DNA of 42,156 nucleotides, from assembly GCA_032718475.1 (NCBI GenBank), contig JAUCBJ010008409.1, positions 1 through 42,156 on the forward strand. Direction: 5' to 3'. A program made the position numbers and the translations under genes. The stretch is from Nemertoderma westbladi (Eukaryota > Animalia > Xenacoelomorpha). Of this stretch, positions 25,349-37,400 are shown piece by piece. The stretch's first letter is position 1. Each line of letters starts with the position of its first letter. The notes under the pieces are model-generated. The model ran no database searches and had not been told where the DNA came from. It saw nothing but the letters and a program-made list of their open reading frames with translations.

Positions 25349-26792
25349 GGCTTTTATTCCCGTATATGGATGGATATATAAAGAGGAATATATTCCTTAT
25401 CTTAAAACTCTTGGATTTACTGTAGACCATGTACAGTACACTCTATTTTGCATACCCCGTCCTGGAATATGCCTTGTTTTATGTGATATACAATACACAA
25501 TCCCCCTTAATACGTACTCTAGCAAGTTGGTGCACACCCCCCCCCCCCCCCCTACCCCCCCCCCCCCCTAATTTTTTTCAAATTTAAATCATACTGTATG
25601 CAACGAAAAAGTTCGACAACTTTTCTTACAGCTGGCAGTTCCGGATTTTTCAATTTCTGAGCTACTGTATTCGATACAACAAGCCGTTAAAATCGTATAT
25701 TTGGCAATAATATTTAGCCACCTCCGTCGGCTTTATTTTTCGTCTTTGGTATGTAATCGGTTTAAATTTCACCAAAAATTGCCAAAGATATTACGAAAAT
25801 ACTAAGTGTAAATTTTGAGACGTAAATCGCTAGAATTCTAATGTTTTAATGGGTTATTGCATCGAAATCGCCAAGAAATTGAAAAATACGGCCAGGCCAG
25901 CAGGGCTGCAGGGTTGTAGGGCCTATTTGAAAAAAATTAGGAGACAATCGACTTGCGAATTGATAAAAATTGTTGTTGTATTAAGGGACACGTTGTACTT
26001 GTGTAGTGTATTATTGCGGTTACACCCCACATCAAAGTTTTATTCAAATAGAAATTAAGTTAGAAAATTTTATTTTTAGATCTTTTGGAAATATATTGCT
26101 TTAGGTGGCGAAAAATATACAATTTTCTAACTTTAGACAGTTTGAAATAGAATAAGGAGGGGGGGGGGGGGGGGGGGGGTCTAGAGTTGGTGCGCTAAAA
26201 AATTGTCGGGTCTGGAATAAGGATTAAATAAGAGGTAACAAAGGTGCCCCAGAGAAAGGGTGCTTTTTTTCTGCTACAGATCTGACGATACAAGTCGGTG
26301 ATCCTTATTTTTTTAACTGAGTGCTGTGCCTATGGAATGTGATTTTTGATCCATTCAATTCAAACACATTAAATCTCAATTATCTCATTCCAGGTTTTCA
26401 TAAATAGTTGAAATTGTTGAGCAAATAATTAGCTTAAGAAAGTACAGAAAAAAATTAATTATTGATTGGCAGAATTCCTACAAATACTGGCCATACTGTA
26501 GACCATAATAAGGGCGATGATTATTTAGTGTTCTCACAGGGCGTTCATTGCAAACTGAACTTGTTTGGAAGTGAATCCCATGTGAGTCCTGTGAAGGAGC
26601 CTGAATTGACCTCCTTAACTCAGCTAATAACAGGCCATCTACAGAATTATTTGAATCCAGTATTCTCATTGGATGACAAAGGCTCCTTCACAAGGTATTC
26701 AGTATAATATGTTGTGATAGAGCTTTGTTATTGCTTGGCAGTTTGGGCTTGGCATGGGAACAGAACAGATACAAATAACCTATGACACGTTC

Positions 26793-27127
26793 GTGGGGCC
26801 TTCGCGCAGCACGACGTGAGCAAAGCCTTTAGCATATTGGCACCATTAACGAGTTGTCTGCCGTTAGTCATAAGTCTTCAACACAATACTCGTCCTCCTC
26901 TTGTGCCTCGTTGCGTTCGTCCGTTTTTGACCAAACTTTAGATTCTTTCTAAACTTTTGTCTGACTACATACACGTACCAAGTTTCGTTTAATTTCATCA
27001 AGGAATAACCGAGTTATTAGCGATCAAAAATTTACGACAGACGACGACAGACGACGACGACGATGACAGACAACTCGCCAATGGCAACCATATGCTAAGG
27101 CTTCGCTCACTTCGTGGCTCGCCCCAC
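26793..27127. mobile_element. Small non-autonomous element with imperfect inverted ends and (GAC)n microsatellite (HINE- or MITE-like)
   Basis: GTGAGCAAAGCCTTTAGCATAT versus ATATGCTAAGGCTTCGCTCAC, with outer GTGGGGC / GCCCCAC. Confidence 0.5.
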
Positions 27128-27400
27128 ATATATTTAACATCTTGGCATTACCAGTACTGCAGTAGCCGAGTAGCATCCAACTAACTGTCCAATGAGAATA
27201 CAGGATTTCAAAAATCCTTTTAGAAGGCCTAATATTGGTAGACTTAAAGGGGTTCCCTTCCCTCCCAGGATTTAGTTTTATGTGGGGCGAGCAAGGACTA
27301 CTATACTAAACTGCGAGCCATCAGCGAACTGTTTTATAATTATGCTATGGCCGTTTTCTAAAAGTCTAGGGGTGTGTGTGTGGTGTGTAGGTGAACTGGT

Positions 27401-27501
27401 TCAAACAGGGGACAATTGCATGAATACACAGCGACAAACCGGGGACGATCTACAATCCGGGGACGTCCCCGGAATGAAATGATATCAAAAATGGAATCTA
27501 C
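27401..27501 (+). repeat. Dispersed ~100-bp repeat with 18-bp palindrome, copy A
   Basis: Matches 32571-32671. TCCGGGGACGTCCCCGGA at 27456-27473. Confidence 0.88.
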
Positions 27502-28099
27502 GTACTAAAATTAATGGATTCTGAAAATTTCAGATCATTTCGGCGATGTCCCCTGTTCCACCCAAACCTGTCAAATACGTGTGTAAATTTGTGTTTGAGT
27601 TTTGAAAATTTCACTGACCCCAGTATAATGCGATAGTTTCAAGTGTCCCCTTTTCCATACAGTTAATATAACATTCCAAACACACGTTGTAGTATGGGTG
27701 CTGTTGTTCAATGTGGGGACTGGAATCTACAATGTAATTAATATTTTGTGATCTAATTTAACATTTTGACCAATCGCAGCAGTATGTGTGGCATGGTTCA
27801 AAATGGGGACTAGGAATTCATTGTCACCTAAAAAGTAGAGATTAATTTTAAGTAAGTAGAATATATATGTCGAATGTGCCAATTTGGAAATCAAATACTT
27901 TAGTAATCGTGTTTTAAAGCAGAATATGGCGCCCGAATCGTTCGAATATATAATTTTATGACAAATTTTCCTGATAAACAACTTGATATACATTTGCAAT
28001 ATACAATTGAAAGTGGTTCATGAAGGACATTCATTAAGAACGTTACGTTTCGTTTTCTTGCTATAAATTGTATAAGCGGATTCTGACTCAAATTCAAAT

Positions 28100-30630
28100 T
28101 CAGTTACTTGGAAATACATCCATATCATCTTTACCAGAAACATTTTCCGAATCACTATGCCTATCAGAATTGCATAGATTGTTTTTATCTTCTTGAGAAT
28201 CACCACAGACCATGTCACAGTTACTCAATGCCGGATTGCTGACATGTTGCTCACTGATGCAATCTGCAAGTTCATCATAGTTGCTGCACCATGTAAACTC
28301 CTTAACAATATCAAGAACATTGGTGGTTGTCAAATCTGATGTATCAAATAAGTCATGCCATAAACGCATGGTTTGCATAACATCAACAGACGCAGTTAAC
28401 CTTGCCCCCAAACCCTATCCTCCTCCAACGACCCTGCCCCACCCACTCCTTCAACATCCAACGACCTCGTCCCACCCACTCCTACAACCTCGGACAACCC
28501 TGCCCCACCCATTCCTTCAACATCCGACAACCCTGCCCCACTCACTCCTTTAAACTCCGACAGCACTGCCCCACCCATTCCTTTAAACTCCGACGACCCT
28601 ACCCCACCCACTCCTTCAAACTCCAATGACCCTGCCCCACCCACTCCTTCGACATCCGACAACCCTGCCCCACTCACTACTTAAAACTCCGACAACCCAG
28701 CCCCACACACTCCTTTAAACACCGACAGCACTGCCCCACCCATTCCTTTAAACTCCGACGACCCTGCCCCACCCACTCCTTTAAACTCCAATAACCCTGC
28801 CCCACCCACTCCTTCGACATCCGACAACCCTGCTCCACTCACTACTTAAAACCCCGACAACCCTGCCCCACCCACTCCTTTAAACTCCGACAACCCTGCC
28901 CCACCCACTCCTTTAAACTCCGACAACCCTGCCCCAGCCACTCCTTTAAACTCCAATGACCCTGCCCCATCCACTCCTTTAAACTCCGACAACCCTGTCC
29001 TACTCACTCCTTTAAACTCCAATGACCCTGCCCCACCCACTCCTTCAACCTCCAACGAGCCTGCCTCACCCACTCCTTCGACCTCCGACAACCATGCCCC
29101 ACTCACTCCTTTAAACTCCGACAACCCTGCCCCACCCACTCCTTCAACCTCCAACGACCCTGCCCCACCCACTCTTTCAACCTTCAACGACCCTGCGCCA
29201 CCCACTCCTTCAACCTCCAACGAGCCTGCCTCACCCACTCCTTCGACCTCCGACAACCATGCCCCACCCACTCCTTAAAACTCCGACAACCCTGCCCCAC
29301 CCACTCCTTTAAACTCCAACAACCCTACCCCACCCACTCCTTTAAACTCCAATGACCCTGCCCCATCCACTCCTTTAAACTCCGACAACCCTGCCCCACT
29401 CACTCCTTTAAACTCAAATGACCCTGCCCCACCCACTCCTTCGACCTCCGACAACCCTGCCCCACTCACTCCTTTAAACTCAGACGACCCTGCCCCACCC
29501 CCTCCTTTAAACTCCATTGACCCTGCTCCATCCACTCCTTCAACCTCCGACAACCCTGCCCCACTCACTCCTTTAAACTCAGACGACCCTGCCCCACTCA
29601 CTCCTTTAAACTCAGACGACCCTGCCCCACCCCCTCCTTTAAACTCCATTGACCCTGCCCCACCCACTCCTTTAAACTCCAACGACCCTGCCCCACCCAC
29701 TCTTTCAACCTTCAACGACCCTGCGCCACCCACTCCTTCAACCTTCAACGACCCTGCCCCACCCACTCCTTAAAACTCCGACAACCCTGCCCCACCCACT
29801 CCTTTAAACTCCAACAACCCTACCCCACCCACTCCTTTAAACTCCAATGACCCTGCCCCATCCACTCCTTTAAACTCCGACAACCCTGCCCCACTCACTC
29901 CTTTAAACTCAAATGACCCTGCCCCACCCACTCCTTCGACCTCCGACAACCCTGCCCCACTCACTCCTTTAAACTCAGACGACCCTGCCCCACCCCCTCC
30001 TTTAAACTCCATTGACCCTGCTCCATCCACTCCTTCAACCTCCGACAACCCTGCCCCACTCACTCTTTTAAACTCCGACAACCCTGCCCCACCCACTCCT
30101 TTAAACTCCAACAACCCTACCCCACCCACTCCTTTAAACTCCAATGACCCTGCCCCACTCACTCCTTTAAACTCAAATGACCCTGCCCCACCCACTCCTT
30201 CGACCTCCGACAACCCTGCCCCACTCACTCCTTTAAACTCAGACGACCCTGCCCCACCCCCTCCTTTAAACTCCATTGACCCTGCTCCATCCACTCCTTC
30301 AACCTCCGACAACCCTGCCCCACTCACTCCTTTAAACTCAGACGACCCTGCCCCACTCACTCCTTTAAACTCAGACGACCCTGCCCCACCCCCTCATTTA
30401 AACTCCATTGACCCTGCCCCACCCACTCCTTTAAACTCCAACGACCCAGCCCCACCCACTTCTTTAACCTTCAATATCGCTCTGTATCTCTGCTTTATTA
30501 TCCAATCTTCTAGTTGCTCTGCTTCTTTTTGGGTAAGATTTGATAACTTCCGTGTTATTTCTCTTTCTTCTTCTTGTATTCAATACCTTTTCTCCTTCCT
30601 TTTCAACCCCATAAACACGTTAGCATCCAT
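28100..30630 (-). pseudogene. Decayed ORF: coiled-coil-like N-terminus, about 60 11-aa repeats (EFKGVGGAGLS), acidic tail
   Basis: One frame from ATG 30630 to 28396 with in-frame stops (two TGA, four TAA), then a 1-nt shift into ORF 28100-28411. Confidence 0.45.
28400..30470. repeat. 33-bp C-rich minisatellite
   Basis: Unit CCCTGCCCCACCCACTCCTTTAAACTCCGACAA; register is maintained across the array. Confidence 0.95.
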
Positions 30631-30952
30631 GTATTTACAATTATTTTATACATGGATTTTATTTACTATTAATACACTTTGTAAAAAGTAGCACTTTTTA
30701 GAGGTCGGCCAGAGTGTGTTTATTATCTGAACGAAGCGAGTGTTATAAAATGTCATAACGCTATAAAGTGCTTCTTTCTTATAAGTATGTTTGTAATTTT
30801 CTCCAATTATATCAACTTTACACATAGAAACTTGTTTGCACTTAACTTGAAATTGTGAATCCCAGGCATAACCAAGAAAGTTCAACTTTTTGATCCTATG
30901 ACAATTTTTCTAGAACTGTACAAAGTTGATATAATTAGAGAAAAACACTTAC

Positions 30953-32397
30953 GGCCCCGGTAGCGCTACTTCAATATATTTTTTTTTTTTTTTTTTTTAT
31001 TACACCAAAATATGGTAATTGCTGTTATAAGCCACAAGTGTTAAAATTATTAAGATCATATTTAATAATAAAAATATACCAATAAATATAAATTAAAAGT
31101 TATGTGCGATGCCTCATGTGCAAGTGTGAAGGTGGTGGTTCGCCAGCTGGTTGAGGGATTTCGAGTTGCGGTGGCACATAAGTATATGATATAATGGTGC
31201 CGGCTGTACGCACAGGAAAATTTTTTTACTTTCATCTAGAGCAGATTTTTATCAAGATTCCAAATTTGAAAACCGTTTAGCAAGATCTGTCCTACTTCTC
31301 GAGATATTGCTGTCTGTCCGTTTTACTGTCGGTTTGTCCGTCAGTATGTCTGACCTGACCGTCAATAAAAAACATACGATCTGTCTAATAAAATTCTCTG
31401 TGTGGGTTTTCGTGGTCGGTGACTTCATTTCTGATGTCATTAATCAAATTTGGCCTCGTTGGTTCTGTCTGTATGCCTGTCAGTCTGTCTGTCAAAATAT
31501 AACCGACAGTCTGACAGCCAAACAGACAATTTGGATGTCATCAAATGTTAATATTGACACTGGAAATGAATTCTGCGACCAGGAAAACCCCTATAGCTAA
31601 ACTTTTAGCTCAATGCTGTGCCTTTTCTAATACAGATAAGTCGGATGGTCAGAAAGACCGACAGACAGACATTCAGACAAACTAGATTTCATTAAAATTG
31701 AGAACTGACCTCAAAAATGAAATCAGCGATCAGGAAAACCCCCATAGCAAAATTCTTAGCATGGTTTTATGCTTTCTTGTTGATAGATATATATTGACAG
31801 ACTTTCTCACATATTAACAGACAATTTTGGCGCGGGAAGTTTCAAATTTTAAAGGCAATTATCTCGGAATGGTATTTTTTTGCATAAAAATAGCTTCAGA
31901 CAATTCAATTTTCAATAAATTTTCAAAAATTTTGCTCAGAGGGGTTCTCTGATGTGCTCTCTTCAGATATCTCGACATCGAATTCTGATTGTTTTATTCC
32001 AATATGGAAATAAATGGCCAAAATTGAATAAAATATTGATAATTTTTAATTTGTCAAAATTAAACAATAAACAAAACAAAAAACAGCACCAAAATGACAA
32101 TTGTTAATTAATTTTCGATATTTTGCTTCGAGATATCGAAAGAGCATACATTTTTGATACGATTTTAAAAATTAGAAAGAAAAATACTCAAGATTGAATC
32201 TGCTGAAGGTTTTTGGATTTTTATCCAAAAATTTGGTAATATTTTTCCAAATTTTTGAAAAATTTGAATTTTTTATTTTTATTCATAATTACAAATCTTC
32301 CATTGACCTTCATACAAAGTTATGGTCGTTTCTGACAATGAGAAGTTGCTCTAACAAGGCAATATAAAAATTATGTCCATGTAGCGCTACCGGGGCC
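30953..32397. mobile_element. Non-autonomous TIR DNA transposon (MITE-like)
   Basis: Perfect 17-bp inverted repeat GGCCCCGGTAGCGCTAC / GTAGCGCTACCGGGGCC, flanked by TTAC / TTAA. No transposase ORF; degenerate internal direct and inverted repeats at 31400-31750. Confidence 0.62.
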
Positions 32398-32570
32398 TTA
32401 AAATAATACCTAGGCCAACGTATCGTATGTTTTCATTCTTATGTATTTAGTACTAAAGAATTTAACTTGCTTAGTACCCTATCCTACTTGATATGTTCAT
32501 GCAATCATATGTATTCAAAAATATACATTACATACGGATACGGATTACACAGGATTACGTTGTACCTGAT

Positions 32571-32671
32571 TCATACCGGGGACAATTGCATGAATACACA
32601 ACGACAAACCGGGGACGATTTACAATCCGGGGACGTCCCCGGAATGAATTTGTAGCTAAAATGCAATCTAC
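32571..32671 (+). repeat. Dispersed ~100-bp repeat with 18-bp palindrome, copy B
   Basis: Direct repeat of 27401-27501 at offset 5170; palindrome at 32626-32643. Confidence 0.88.
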
Positions 32672-33507
32672 ATCAACATCATTTTTTCTAAATATTCAGA
32701 ACGAAATAAATGAATCGCTTATTAAAATATAAATTTTAGAAACGAAATAATACATGTATTGTTTTCTTCTTATATATTAAGTAATTCAGAATTAAAGCAT
32801 TTAACTATATTATCTGACTGTATTAATGTTACGAACATCATGTAGGCCTAGTCAATAATATACTATTAGGCACTACATACTGCGAAATTAAATGAATGTT
32901 TCTAGGTTTAGTTAATTATTTATTTCAAGTTCATTGGTTATTTTGATTATTATCACAAATAGCAATAAAAATATTAAAATATTTAGTTAAAATTGGTAGC
33001 AAAAAGGAAATCTACGTATTGTTTCCTCACATCAAAATCATATTGCCGAGTTAGTTACGAATACAAGGATTTTAAGATTATGGCTGCCCATTGAACCCTT
33101 TCTATTTCTCAAGAATATTCCAGAACATTATTTGTTATCCAATCACATATCGTCTGACACGGCAGCACATTGTATAATGTTTAACATTCGGTAGAGTTAA
33201 TGATTGTGTATACTCTACCTGAAATGTGCTCAATCACACTGGGGACCGGGTCGTGATTGGACAAAAACTTAAACACACCAGTGGTGTATGTATGATGTCC
33301 CCACTTCAACCCACGAGTAACAAATAAGCAATCTTTAGAGTTGATAAATTTTGAAACAATAGAATAACGTAAAATGGTCTCCTGAGTCTATTGGTGCCAA
33401 AATAATTTAATTTAAACCAAGAACAAAGAAGTTATAAGGAAATCAATATCGATCCCAGAACCGACCGATGGAAATAACGGTCCCCAGAATGGGGGTTGTA
33501 CAAAGAG

Positions 33508-33630
<123 letters not shown>

Positions 33631-34484
33631 GGAAGCCATAATTGTCGGAAGCCACCTAACTAGCCATAGTCTGATAGTATAATTATAATTGTTCGCTAAG
33701 ATGGCTTGCAGCTTTCTGGCTTTTGCTGCACGAAGGGAAGGCCCCACTCGTGTTATATGTATACTGGTCAACACACTTACAAAGTTCATGTTAGAAAGAC
33801 GGCCGTGGGAAATTTGAATTTTGATTGTCAATCTTAGAGCCAGTCCAGCAGTCTGCTGGTCTGCCAGTTGGGCCAGTTTCCTTACATTTTACAGTATTGC
33901 GGAAAGCTACTGTACCGGAACTGCTTATATTATAACGACCAATTTCGATCGGTACAGTCACGTATCGGGTACCTATAAATGCAATACAGCAATAGGCCTA
34001 CAGCGCAATACAAAATACTAAAGTTTTATTAATTTACGACAGTACGAGTTTGTACAGTGAATTTGTTGACTGTTGAGTTGAGGCTATGGATGGTGGATTG
34101 TATATTATGGGTACCGGTATATTTGGTTTATCATTTTGGTTACCGGTAGGGTTAGTTGGTCAGGCCTTAACCCAACCCAGTATGCCACAGCCACAGCAAT
34201 TGTTTCAAGTTTAATTGGACGACTGTACATGTACAGTACAACTCCGAACTTAGTACCGGTAGCTTTAAATTAAATCAGTACGGTACTGCGGTACCGGTAC
34301 CGGCAGGCGCAGACCGGTCAGCCGGTAACGGTAATTTGTTTAATTTGTGATAATTTATGATAATAAAATGATAAATAATACAACATACTGAGACTGACTG
34401 ACATTGTGACATAGTCTGAATCTGAAAGTGAAATTATCGATTAATTATTAAATTACCGGTAGCTAACAAACTGACAAACCGACG

Positions 34485-37400
34485 ATGTTTCTAGTGGAGA
34501 TCGAAGGGATTAAAATCGAATTTCCCTTTGTTCCCTACCCGTGTCAGGAGGTTTACATGCGTAAAGTAATCCAGGCGCTGAACGGGAAAACCAATGCACT
34601 ACTCGAGTCTCCAACCGGCACCGGTAAAACTCTATGTCTATTGTGCGCGGCGTTGGCCTGGCAGAACGAACTTAGAAAGAACGCGGCGTTCGCTAACATT
34701 GGCCATACGGAAACCCAAGCGCAAACCGAAAACTGGGACAAACTACTTAACTCTCCCGTCCCAAAGATTATATATGCGTCTCGGACTCACTCCCAGCTGT
34801 CGCAAGTCATACGCGAACTGAAACGCACGAGTTATCGCCCTAAAGTAGCGGTAATCGGCTCGCGGGAGCAGCTCTGTATCAACCCGCAAGTTAGTCGCGA
34901 AACCAACAACAGCGTGAAAATGCATCGCTGCCGCGCTAAGGTTTTGTCGAGGACGTGCCATTTCTATAACAACTACGATAAGTCTAAAGATAAATCGGCA
35001 CAGGCCGTGGCTTCTATGAGTCTTATAGAGTCAACTATAATGGATATAGAAGACATAGCCGCAGTCGGAGCTAAGAATAGAGTCTGCCCGTATTACTTCG
35101 CACGGGATCTAGTTAATTCCGCAGACATTATATTCATGCCCTACAACTACTTACTGGATCCCAAATCCCGTAAATCGAACAACGTTCCACTCAACGACAC
35201 CGTAGTTATCTTCGACGAGGCACACAACGTTGAACGACTATGCGAAGAATCCGTCTCCGTCGAATTCAACTGCTCCGACATAAAATCCGCTAAATCCACC
35301 ATGTATGACGTCACTCAGAAGTTATCAGAAGCGGAAGTGACCGGCACGGAGATGATAAACGAGGTCACCTCGCAGGACACCGCCAACGACGCAGTGAGCT
35401 TCGAGAACCTTGAGAAAGTCGTGGAGGACCTCCGTATGACGGAGGAGGGTAAGAGCCAACCGGGATCCTTCATCTACCAGCTGTTAGGGGAAGCTCGGAT
35501 CGACTTAGATCGAGCTAGAACCCTGATCAGCGATCTGGGCCCGGTAACCGCTTACCTACACAATAAAGGCCAAATACAATCCTCACACGCTTTGGTCCTC
35601 GATAAATTCCTTCACTTCTTTAAGATGGTTTTTGGGGATTTCTCGAAGGAAAGGGAATTCTTTACTGTTTCTGAGACTGTGAGTCATAACTACCGGGTGT
35701 TTACTCACATAGAGACGGTTACTAAAGGCGGCGGCGTTGCTACGACCGCGCTTAAGAGCGTCGGGTACTGGTGTTTCAACCCCGGGTACTCGATGCAGGA
35801 CCTCGTCCGGAACGGGGCCCAGAGCATCGTGCTCACCAGCGGGACTCTGTCCCCGATGCAACCGATCGCCTCCGAGTTGGACCTCCCGTTCCCTGTGACG
35901 CTGGAGAACCCCCACGTTATATCGAGCAAACAGTTCCTAGTGGCGGGACTGGCCAACGGGCCGGACACAACCGCGTTGAACTCGAAGTACGAGAACCGGT
36001 TCAAACCGCTGTACCTGCGTTCCCTCGGTCTCACTATCAGCAACGTAGCACGACTGACGCCCCACGGTCTCCTTGTCTTCTTCCCTTCCTACACCGTTAT
36101 GGATAAATCGATTACCTTCTGGAAGGAGAATAAAATATTCGATCAAATATCACGGCATAAAAAGATCTTTACGGAGCCGAAACAGCGGAATTTACTAGGT
36201 TCAATGATGTTGGATTACCAGAAGGTTATTAACGACGGACTCGGAGCGGCATTCTTCGCCGTTTGTCGCGGCAAGGTTTCCGAAGGTCTGGATTTCTCGG
36301 ACCGCAGCGCTCGCGCTGTCGTTATTACCGGCCTCCCTTACCCGCCGTTATTCGATCCCAAAGTTAAGCTGAAGGTCGGATACCTGGACGAGAAGATTGG
36401 TAGTCAGTTGAGTGGCAATCAGTGGTACAAGCAGCAGGGTTCGCGGGCGGTCAACCAGGCGATCGGACGGGTGATACGGCACACTGCGGACTGGGGGGCC
36501 ATCATTCTAGCCGATTACCGGTTCACTGAGCCCGCTTCTATCGCCCAACTGCCTCTCTGGTTGCGGAAACACACCAAGTCCTATAAGAATTCCTTCGGTT
36601 CGTTTATATCCGATTTGTCTGGGTTTTTCCGCGTCGCTTCGGTGGAGATGCCGCCACCTCTACCCCAACCGGCGATTACGGTTGGGATCTCGATGGCTGC
36701 TGATGTAGTTGCGGAACCAGTAAGGAACGATGTGTGGAACATAGAGAACGTTTCTGCAGCAACTAGCGGCGGTACTAAGCCGGTTTGTCCGACTGCCAGC
36801 TTTAATTCCGCGCCGACGGTCAGATCGAAGATCAACCCCGTGATGAGAGCGTCGGTGGTTGAGTTGCATGTTCCCAGTTTGGAGTCAATTAAACCCAGGA
36901 AGTCCGTGAAAGCGCGGGTTAAATCAAACTATTTCTCTTCGGTTTATTTCGTAGATGATGATTTTACTGACGACAGAAAAACAAAAAATACAACTCAGTT
37001 TGACTCAGACACTAAACCGGCCTCAAATACAACTCAGTTTGACTCAGCCACTAAACCGGCCTCAAATACAACTCAGTTTGACTCAGCCACTAAACCGGCC
37101 TCAAATACAACTCAGTTTGACTCAGCCACTAAACCGGCCTCAACTACAACTCAGTTTGACTCAGCCACTAAACCGGCCTCAAATACAACTCAGTTTGACT
37201 CAGCCACTAAACCGGCCTCAAATACAACTCAGTTTGACTCAGCCACTAAACCGGCCTCAACTACAACTCAGATTGTTGCCGCCAACACAACTCAAAGTAA
37301 ACTATTAAATAATCCATCCACAAGTATTGAATGCCAGTCTAAATTACCACCTAATACGCCCTTAGTAACACCCTTAGTAAGTATTCCTGTTGTTGATTTA

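Noticed and set aside
25500-26220. Poly-C and poly-G tracts as TIRs of a MITE
   Set aside because: No convincing complementary sequence beyond the homopolymers and no TSD.
26462-26760. Short ORFs or a possible decayed LINE tail (LTWDSLP on the minus strand)
   Set aside because: A single weak motif surrounded by stops is not enough to support a call.
28396-30630. Stop-codon reassignment or readthrough to rescue the 11-aa repeat ORF
   Set aside because: TAA, TAG and TGA all terminate other ORFs here, and a frameshift is also required.
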